Part shown: positions 27,874 to 35,020 of the stretch, in pieces
How positions within the stretch are numbered: position 1 is the stretch's first letter
Layout: every line of letters begins with the position of its first letter
Source: a virus
Reading direction: 5' to 3' (one strand)
DNA: 64,000 nt
Virus record (IMG/VR): IMGVR_UViG_3300022932_000015
Coordinates: 30,210 to 94,209 of that record
Notes under the pieces: generated by a model
What the model saw: the letters and a program-made list of their open reading frames with translations, nothing else
Databases searched by the model: none
What the model was told of the DNA's origin: nothing
Made by a program: the position numbers and the translations under genes

Positions 27874-28074
27874 TTATAGAATAGAGAACTCCAAGAATAT
27901 TGTATCACCAGTGTAATGAGCTTTAAGTAAATCAGGATGTAGTTGATCTTTACTAATTGCTTCATAGTCCTCAGGTAGGATAATTACTGGTATATCTTGG
28001 ACTTTAGTTTGTTGTATAGCCCAACATGTGAATGCTATACAGAATATCAGGAATAGGCAGATTATAGTTTTCAT
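27874..28074 (-). CDS. small exported/membrane protein, likely paralogue of 25969..26274
   Basis: MKTI + hydrophobic leader; shared LPE(D/E)(Y/F)...DT...F pattern. Confidence 0.55.
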   Translation of the reverse strand: MKTIICLFLIFCIAFTCWAIQQTKVQDIPVIILPEDYEAISKDQLHPDLLKAHYTGDTIFLEFSIL

Positions 28075-28169
28075 AATATTAGTATTAATGTGTTAATAAT
28101 AACTCCTAACCTGCTAGTTTGCACTCACTCCTCAGAGAGGAAACAAGCATATTGGTTAGGAGTATGTGA

Positions 28170-28436
28170 TTAAGCTAGGTGTAACCATTTACCCATGAAT
28201 ACTTCACCAGATTGAGGATTAATCATCTCATGGTCTTGTACTTTGTATAATGGGAATAGCTCTGATTCTTGTATCTTAGTGCCAACATCTACTTGCTTAG
28301 AGCCAGAGATATAGTAGGTTTCTTTCTTTACTTTGTCTCCAAAGATAGCACTTTTAATGATAGTCTCTGCTTGTAATTTAGTTACAAATCCTCCTTTGCT
28401 GTTAGGATTAGATTGAGTTGCCACAAATGTTTTCAT
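28170..28436 (-). CDS. hypothetical protein, first gene of the leftward arm
   Basis: ORF track. Confidence 0.7.
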   Translation of the reverse strand: MKTFVATQSNPNSKGGFVTKLQAETIIKSAIFGDKVKKETYYISGSKQVDVGTKIQESELFPLYKVQDHEMINPQSGEVFMGKWLHLA

Positions 28437-28553
28437 AATTTCCAGTTATTAATACGTTGTATAGGAAACCATTTTCCTACAAAGTTTAGTAGGGGTAGTG
28501 TTTATTGGAGTGTTCTGAATAAACATATTCACAAAAAATTTTTAAAAAATTTA

Positions 28554-28585
28554 TTTGGTAGTTATATTATTAATGGCTACTTTTG
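28554..28585 (+). promoter_or_regulatory. Bacteroidota housekeeping-sigma promoter
   Basis: TTTG (28554-57), 20 nt spacer, TACTTTTG (28578-85) matches the TTTG-N19..21-TAnnTTTG consensus. Confidence 0.8.
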
Positions 28586-28628
28586 CTAGTATAAAAATAT
28601 AACAAAATTTTACTTAATAAAACAACCA

Positions 28629-28949
28629 ATGGAAAGAGAAGAAGCAATTGCTTTAGAAACAAAGCTTAGAAACAAGTTAAATGATATTGCCTATACATAT
28701 TATAAAGAACCAAAGGATGAGGGTGTAGTAATACTAAGCTCTCTGTACCAAGAAGCTTTAAAACATTGTATGACAAGTTATACTATAGTAGGAGAAACTC
28801 TAGTAAAAGATAGTCCAAATAGTTCAGACAAAAGTATAGCTACATATACTGGGTTAAATGGATGTAAGTATATTTTGATCTTCACAGACACTAAAGATAC
28901 TGATAAATTTAAAGTATACATGAATCTTGATATAGATAAAAATGGCTAG
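28629..28949 (+). CDS. hypothetical protein
   Basis: ORF track; first gene after the promoter. Confidence 0.6.
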   Translation: MEREEAIALETKLRNKLNDIAYTYYKEPKDEGVVILSSLYQEALKHCMTSYTIVGETLVKDSPNSSDKSIATYTGLNGCKYILIFTDTKDTDKFKVYMNLDIDKNG

Positions 28950-29112
28950 TACATCAGAATACGAACAACATCAATTTTTTAAAATGTCTAAACAAGAAAT
29001 CAGAATTAAGGAATTGGTAAATCTTTTAAAGATAAATGCTAGAAGAACAGATAATACTAAAAAGACTATTAATATTGTAATAGAATTAATGAATTTATAT
29101 TATGAAAAATAA
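28942..29112 (+). CDS. hypothetical protein (56 aa)
   Basis: Own translation MASTSEYEQHQFFK...; overlaps both neighbours. Confidence 0.5.
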   Translation: MASTSEYEQHQFFKMSKQEIRIKELVNLLKINARRTDNTKKTINIVIELMNLYYEK

Positions 29113-29548
29113 ATATTATACACCAGAATTAGAAGAATTTCATATAGGATTTGAATATGAAGTCTTAATGGTATTAGATCAAGATACTTGGGATAATACA
29201 AAAATAAGCAAAGAAGGATTTAATCAGAACTTTGATAGAATCTTAAATCATCCAGAACAATGTAGAGTTAAATATCTAGATAAAGAAGATATTGAAAGCT
29301 TTGGTTTCAGGAGAAATGGCAGATCAATAGATGATTGGTATTATCTAAACAAAACAGTAGAAAGAGCTTTATCAGCTCATAGAGATTACAGTATATCTAT
29401 ACAACATGATTTTGATACAAATCAAGGAATAGTAATTAGAGGTTTTGAATGGGAGGATTTAAAAGGAACAGAAGAAACGTTATATAGAGGAACTTGCAAG
29501 AATAAATCAGAATTTAAAAAACTAATGAAACAACTAAACATATGCTAA
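29102..29548 (+). CDS. hypothetical protein
   Basis: YYTP..EEFH.GFEYE...RVKYLD.EDIES.GF...NKSE...LMKQL. Confidence 0.7.
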   Translation: MKNKYYTPELEEFHIGFEYEVLMVLDQDTWDNTKISKEGFNQNFDRILNHPEQCRVKYLDKEDIESFGFRRNGRSIDDWYYLNKTVERALSAHRDYSISIQHDFDTNQGIVIRGFEWEDLKGTEETLYRGTCKNKSEFKKLMKQLNIC

Positions 29549-29790
29549 CAAAACAAATCCTATATGATTTAGGGTGGGTAGAACATTCTGATAGTTCAAA
29601 AGGACATCTTAATACTATTTATTTTCTAAATGAGTATGTATTAGATGTAATTCCAGAACCTACTTTAAATAGTAAAGAGTATATAATTAGGTTATCAAGA
29701 AAAGAAGATTATAATAATGCTTTCTATAAGGAATTATTTACAGATAAAGACACATTAGAATACACAATGAAACAATTAAATATAATATAA
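29542..29790 (+). CDS. hypothetical protein resembling the C-terminal half of 29102..29548
   Basis: Both end MKQLNI(C/I). Confidence 0.55.
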   Translation: MLTKQILYDLGWVEHSDSSKGHLNTIYFLNEYVLDVIPEPTLNSKEYIIRLSRKEDYNNAFYKELFTDKDTLEYTMKQLNII

Positions 29791-30002
29791 TGAACACTTA
29801 TTCAAAGAATTTCAAAGATTACCAAATTAAGTATGTGACTTATGAAGATGGTAAAAAAGTAATACACCTAAAAATGGGTGTAAAGAAAAGATGGTATGGA
29901 GATCATTTGAATTATGATAGTATGAGTCAGATAATCAATATAGATACAATCTTCAAGCTAAATGAAGCTCATAAAAGATTAAAAAAAGAAGAAGAATACT
30001 AG
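29790..30002 (+). CDS. hypothetical protein
   Basis: ORF track. Confidence 0.55.
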   Translation: MNTYSKNFKDYQIKYVTYEDGKKVIHLKMGVKKRWYGDHLNYDSMSQIINIDTIFKLNEAHKRLKKEEEY

Positions 30003-30022
30003 GTTTTCTAAGAAAAAATGCT

Positions 30023-30030
30023 TATATTTG
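30023..30030 (+). promoter_or_regulatory. Bacteroidota -7 promoter element
   Basis: TATATTTG directly before a ~290 nt ORF-free region. Confidence 0.55.
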
Positions 30031-30033
30031 TAT

Positions 30034-30326
30034 AGTACACCTGTGGTTAACACAGACCACCCACGAGGGACTTAGTTAAATAGTGGGTTAGAAGTTGGAT
30101 AATAGTCTGCAGACTTGAAATAATAGTCAAACATAGCTGGATGAAGTTTCTCCGATAGTGTAAAAAGGTTCTTTATAGAGGGATTAATACATTGGGAACA
30201 TGAGCTACAAGGTAGGCTTTTGAATTGACAAGACAAAGTTTCCATTAGGGCTAAATACTGGTATTATGAAATCTAAGAACTAATCCAAAAAGACGAGTCT
30301 AACTCTGAAGGGGAAAACTATGTTTA
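30034..30326 (+). ncRNA. candidate structured ncRNA, unidentified
   Basis: No ORF, higher GC than flanks, several complementary segments (see finding). Confidence 0.5.
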
Positions 30327-30354
30327 ATTATAATCAACTTAGTTATATAATAAA

Positions 30355-30386
30355 TTTGGTTATTATAACAAATGTTGTTATATTTG
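30355..30386 (+). promoter_or_regulatory. Bacteroidota promoter, probably leaderless transcript
   Basis: TTTG-N20-TATATTTG, with ATG at 30390. Confidence 0.8.
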
Positions 30387-30389
30387 TAT

Positions 30390-30713
30390 ATGGACACATT
30401 GAACATAAACATACCCTCTAAAAACATTACACGTTCTATCCTAGAATTATTGAATCCTTATTTAGGATACCTTACTCCCGTAGAGCTATCTCTTGTAGAC
30501 TTAATTATAAGCAATAATATATCTAAAATAGATAGTACAACAAGAGCTAAGATTAGAGGATTGTCTAATTTAGACAAATACACATTTAACAACTATATCA
30601 AAAAGTTAAAAGATAAACAAGTATTGTTATTAAAAGATAATATCTTACTTATGAATCCAAAGATAGTAGGAATGACTAAGTCTAAATCTATTAATGTAAG
30701 TTTCTATGAGTAG
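30390..30713 (+). CDS. putative winged-HTH DNA-binding protein
   Basis: LT..EL...FNNYIKKLKDK.VL; start reassigned to MDTLNI. Confidence 0.55.
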   Translation: MDTLNINIPSKNITRSILELLNPYLGYLTPVELSLVDLIISNNISKIDSTTRAKIRGLSNLDKYTFNNYIKKLKDKQVLLLKDNILLMNPKIVGMTKSKSINVSFYE

Positions 30714-30933
30714 TAGCAAATTGTATGATGAGATTATTAATATTCTTTATGAAAAGTTTAAAGACTTTAGAATCTCTAAAGCTGAGATAGAAAGAATGGT
30801 GGATTCTCAGTTTAAAGTAGCTAGAGAGAGTATAGGAAAGAAACAAGCAGAAGTAACCATGTTTCCATATTTAGGAAAAGTAGTACCAACTAAAGCACAC
30901 CAAAGATATGTCAATAGTAAACAAAAGTCTTGA
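30706..30933 (+). CDS. HU/IHF-like small DNA-binding protein
   Basis: ISK.EIE..V.SQF...V.FPYLGK pattern. Confidence 0.5.
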   Translation: MSSSKLYDEIINILYEKFKDFRISKAEIERMVDSQFKVARESIGKKQAEVTMFPYLGKVVPTKAHQRYVNSKQKS

Positions 30934-31117
30934 GATCATAAACGGATGGGGAAATTATATATTTCCTAGTAGTGAAGTTGAAGAGCTAGCTAAAAAGAGA
31001 GCTGAGATATGTGGTCCTTGTGAAAACAATGTAGATGGAAAATGTGCTATTTGCCACTGTCCATTAGTAGCTAAGACTAGAAGTACAATATCTAATTGTC
31101 CAATACAACTATGGTAG
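30908..31117 (+). CDS. Cys-rich small protein
   Basis: R..IC..C...C..C.C....K.R.....CP..W. Confidence 0.6.
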   Translation: MSIVNKSLEIINGWGNYIFPSSEVEELAKKRAEICGPCENNVDGKCAICHCPLVAKTRSTISNCPIQLW

Positions 31118-31380
31118 TAGAGTTTGAAGTTATAAATAGCTATCCAGTGTTGGATAAGGGAGTTAGTTGTGCTAGATACATTCCTAGGAGAACTACTCAA
31201 AAGAAACTGTTTACCATAGAGAATATGGAGGTAGAGGAGTATAGTGATTTCAATGGTAGAGTTTGTTCTAGGTATTGTACAACTAAGTATGGTACAGATT
31301 ATTACAGACTCAATATCCCATATGAGACTATGAAGACCAAATATTTTATGCCAATAGAAGTAAAAGGATTAGGAAAATAA
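31111..31380 (+). CDS. hypothetical protein
   Basis: ORF track, ATG at 31111. Confidence 0.55.
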   Translation: MVVEFEVINSYPVLDKGVSCARYIPRRTTQKKLFTIENMEVEEYSDFNGRVCSRYCTTKYGTDYYRLNIPYETMKTKYFMPIEVKGLGK

Positions 31381-31781
31381 TGCAAAAAGAAATACTAATA
31401 CCTATATATGGATGCTCAGTATTTGTCCAAGTAACTAATGATATATTAGCTGCTAACAAATATTTAAAGTTACACTATGGTATTAGTGAAGATCTTTCAG
31501 ATTGTAGAGGAATAGTTTTTAACCAAATATCACCTGTCTATAAAGCTAGGATATTTGTTATGCTAATACAATACAATGAGAATAAAAAGGAGTATTGGGA
31601 TACCATAGGACATGAGATGATGCATTTAACTCAAGACATTCTTGAATCAAGACAAATATATTTTAAAAGGAAAGATTCTAATGAATCATATGCTTACATA
31701 CAAGGCCATCTAATGGCAGATACATATGATTTATTTGACAAAGCGTATAACAAATATAAACGATTAAAAACTAAAAATTAA
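31380..31781 (+). CDS. zincin-like metallopeptidase domain protein
   Basis: HEMMH...NE.YAY. Confidence 0.6.
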   Translation: MQKEILIPIYGCSVFVQVTNDILAANKYLKLHYGISEDLSDCRGIVFNQISPVYKARIFVMLIQYNENKKEYWDTIGHEMMHLTQDILESRQIYFKRKDSNESYAYIQGHLMADTYDLFDKAYNKYKRLKTKN

Positions 31782-31786
31782 AAACT

Positions 31787-32053
31787 ATGGAAGAAAAAAT
31801 CAAAAATCTTAGTGAATTAGAAATAATCAATAACAAAATTAGTGAAATAAACAAAGTACTTGGTCTTTTGAATACTAAATTGTTAAATAATTTAAATACA
31901 TTAAGAGGAGAAACTATAGATAAAAAGGAAGTTAACAATCCAAAGTCAGAGCCTAATGGTTTAATTGAAAAGTTAAATTGTGAAGTATCTTGCATAGAAA
32001 ATAGACTGGGTGATCTTGAATTAATGTTAATTGATTTAGCTCATTACATTTAA
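31787..32053 (+). CDS. hypothetical coiled-coil protein
   Basis: ORF track. Confidence 0.55.
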   Translation: MEEKIKNLSELEIINNKISEINKVLGLLNTKLLNNLNTLRGETIDKKEVNNPKSEPNGLIEKLNCEVSCIENRLGDLELMLIDLAHYI

Positions 32054-32059
32054 GATATT

Positions 32060-32623
32060 GTGGTAAAGATAGTAGATCTCAAAGATAATAAGGTTATCAT
32101 AGCTCCTGAATGCTTACTAATAGATCCATTCAAATCTATTTGGGAAGCTGATAAGACTGTGGAGAAGATAGAAGCTACTAAAGTAATAAAGTACTTATGG
32201 TTCTTTATTGACTTTGGTAGTCCATATTTTATGTATCAAGAGGAACAAAGGCATGATTTAATTCTGGAATACGTTTTAGGTGACAAAAACTTTAAACAAC
32301 CAAAGAACTTAGAATCTATAATTAAATCATATCTAGATGCTAATCCTAGACCAGCTGTAGAGATGTTATCTTCTGCAGTTGAAGTTGTCCATAAGATGAA
32401 AGATTTTTTTAAGTCAGTAGACTTTACAGCAACTCAAACCAATAAAATGGGAGTAGAGGAATTTACTTATGATATTGATAGAATAACTAAAGCTATCATG
32501 ATGATGCCTAAGCTGATAGACTCACTTAATCAAGCCACAGAGTTAGCCAAGAAAGAACAAGCAGGAACCTCTAAGGTCAGAGGTAATGCACAAACAAGTA
32601 TGTTAGAAGATAATAAATTATAA
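32060..32623 (+). CDS. protein upstream of terminase, possibly small terminase subunit
   Basis: Position and helical character, C-terminal KVRG. Confidence 0.45.
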   Translation: MVKIVDLKDNKVIIAPECLLIDPFKSIWEADKTVEKIEATKVIKYLWFFIDFGSPYFMYQEEQRHDLILEYVLGDKNFKQPKNLESIIKSYLDANPRPAVEMLSSAVEVVHKMKDFFKSVDFTATQTNKMGVEEFTYDIDRITKAIMMMPKLIDSLNQATELAKKEQAGTSKVRGNAQTSMLEDNKL

Positions 32624-32624
32624 T

Positions 32625-32927
32625 ATGGACCACACAACTGAGACACATTATTCAAAAATAATATTAAACAACTCCAAAGAAGTAAAAGGAGATTTTAAGA
32701 GATCTATACTAACTATAGTACCATTGGATTCTACAATTAAAGAATTTAAACTACATGGGATTGATACATGGATATTAGAAGACGAGTACAAATCTCTTGA
32801 AGAGAATAATATTGATATTAATAATATAAGAGTGATGGCTTACGTTGAAGGAAGATATTCTCCTTATAATAAAGAAGGTAATAATATCCTATCTGCTGAT
32901 GCTTACCAATTACATATTATCTATTAG
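32625..32927 (+). CDS. hypothetical protein
   Basis: ORF track. Confidence 0.5.
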   Translation: MDHTTETHYSKIILNNSKEVKGDFKRSILTIVPLDSTIKEFKLHGIDTWILEDEYKSLEENNIDINNIRVMAYVEGRYSPYNKEGNNILSADAYQLHIIY

Positions 32928-32929
32928 AG

Positions 32930-35020
32930 ATGGTAGGAAAAGATAATCCATATATACCACCAGTAGATAGATTTACTCACTCTAGTGAGTTTAACTATCT
33001 AGCTAGGTTATTTACAGAGAATAAAAGCTACTGTAATATACCTGTAGGTACTTTTCAACATCTAGAGTTCTGGAGAGATGTTAAGGAAAAGTGTATAAAT
33101 GGTATGACTAATAGTGTTGGAATCAATATTACAGGTCCTCATTTCTTTTATCTAAATTTTTGTAGAATATTAGGAGAAAACCCACTTACTGGAAGGAAGA
33201 CTAAAATATTTCCTAAGTTTGTAGATATTGATTATGAATACTTCCACATGATTAACTATTGTAGAAACAATGGTAAGAATCTAGTAGCAGTAAAAGGTAG
33301 GAGGGGAGGTTGGTCTTATAAGGGAGCATCAGTAGCTAGTCATGAATTTACATTCTACCCTGAATCTAAGAACGTAATTGGTGCATTCTTTGGGAACTAT
33401 AGTCAGAATACTATGGATTTCTGTTTAGACAATTTGAACTGGTTAGCAGAAAATACACCATTTGGACATATTAGAAATCCCAATCTTAGAGATTCAGTAA
33501 TGTCTAAATATGAAAAAAATATTAATGGAGCTAAAATATGGGCTGGTTATCATTCATCTATAGAATCCTATAGTTTCAAAGATAGACCAGGGGCTGTTGT
33601 AGGTAAGTCTGCAAGTTGGTTATTGTTAGATGAAGCTGGTTTGTTTCCAAATATTACAGAGGCTTGGGGATACACAGAACCTCTAATTAAGGATGGTAGT
33701 AATGCTACAGGAAATGCTATTATCTACGGATCCTCAGGAGACATGGATTCTGGTAGTAGGTATTTCTATGAAATGTTTACAGATCCTAGAAAGTATAATA
33801 TGCTAGAATTTGATGATCCAGATAACCCGCAAATCAAAATTGGATTTTTCAGTAGTTCAACTAAGGGTAGGTGGGGTAAATGTCAAAATCCTAAATCTGA
33901 ATGGTATAACAAACCAATGGTAGATGAGGATGGTAACTCTAATAAAGAAGCTGCCTCTGATGACTTAGATTTTGAAAGACAAAGAGCAAGATCAGGAAAT
34001 GATCCTAAAGCTTATCATGCTGCAGTAACTCAATTCCCAACAACATGGAAAGAAGCTTTTTTGAGAAATAAATCTAATGTATTTGGATCACCTGATATGT
34101 TAGAATGGCTAGGAAAGTTAGAGAATACACCATCATTAAGAGCACAGAGTCAAGTTGGGGAATTGTACTTTGATACAGATGTAGAACTAAAGTGGAAGCC
34201 TAATGATGAATTACATCAAATCATAAACTTCCCTTTAAAAGCCTCAGAAAATGAAGATACTTCAGGAGCTATAGTAGTATGGGAACATCCTGAAAGAGGT
34301 GAAACTGTAGAAGATATAACAGGTCTCGTTCCTAATTGGTTATATATTGCAGGATGTGATCCCTATGATCAAGATAAATCAGAATCTGGATCTCTAGGTT
34401 CATTCATGGTTTACAAAAGATTTTATCAAGCTAACAAGACACATGACATATTAGTAGCTGAATATACTGGAAGACCAGAGAAAGCAGATATGTTTTATGA
34501 GAATTGTAGAAAGCTATGTATCTATTATAATGCTAAGTGTCTGTATGAAAATCAATTAAAAGGATTAAAGACATATTTTGAGATGAAGAATAGTCTTCAT
34601 TACTTATTTGAACAACCTGGAATTATCAAGGATATTGTAAAAGATTCTAGAGTTCAAAGGGGTTATGGAATTCATATGAATAGAGGAAGTAATGGAATCA
34701 ATGGTATTAAGGATCAATGTGAGATCTACCTTAAGCAATGGTTATATGAAGAGAAAACTGATGTTAATGGTAATAAGTTTCTAAACTTTCATACTATAAA
34801 ATCAATTCCACTATTAAAAGAACTAATAGCTTATGATAGAGAAATAAACACCGATAGGGTTATAGCATTCATGTTATGTATATTACAAACAAAAGAATTA
34901 CACAGAATACATGTAGAAGAGCTATCTAACATAAACAGTGGAGAGATAGATTTTCTTACTAAGTTTTACAAAAAAAACACTATATTTAACAAGGGCAAGT
35001 TATCAAAAGCCTTCAGATAA
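32930..35020 (+). CDS. terL: terminase large subunit
   Basis: Walker A-like KGRRGGWS, Walker B LLLDEAG, nuclease AGCDPYD, YEN, DRVIA; followed by portal. Confidence 0.92.
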   Translation: MVGKDNPYIPPVDRFTHSSEFNYLARLFTENKSYCNIPVGTFQHLEFWRDVKEKCINGMTNSVGINITGPHFFYLNFCRILGENPLTGRKTKIFPKFVDIDYEYFHMINYCRNNGKNLVAVKGRRGGWSYKGASVASHEFTFYPESKNVIGAFFGNYSQNTMDFCLDNLNWLAENTPFGHIRNPNLRDSVMSKYEKNINGAKIWAGYHSSIESYSFKDRPGAVVGKSASWLLLDEAGLFPNITEAWGYTEPLIKDGSNATGNAIIYGSSGDMDSGSRYFYEMFTDPRKYNMLEFDDPDNPQIKIGFFSSSTKGRWGKCQNPKSEWYNKPMVDEDGNSNKEAASDDLDFERQRARSGNDPKAYHAAVTQFPTTWKEAFLRNKSNVFGSPDMLEWLGKLENTPSLRAQSQVGELYFDTDVELKWKPNDELHQIINFPLKASENEDTSGAIVVWEHPERGETVEDITGLVPNWLYIAGCDPYDQDKSESGSLGSFMVYKRFYQANKTHDILVAEYTGRPEKADMFYENCRKLCIYYNAKCLYENQLKGLKTYFEMKNSLHYLFEQPGIIKDIVKDSRVQRGYGIHMNRGSNGINGIKDQCEIYLKQWLYEEKTDVNGNKFLNFHTIKSIPLLKELIAYDREINTDRVIAFMLCILQTKELHRIHVEELSNINSGEIDFLTKFYKKNTIFNKGKLSKAFR

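Noticed and set aside
27777-27965. 62 aa ORF overlapping 27874..28074
   Set aside because: Extensive same-strand overlap with a better-supported gene.
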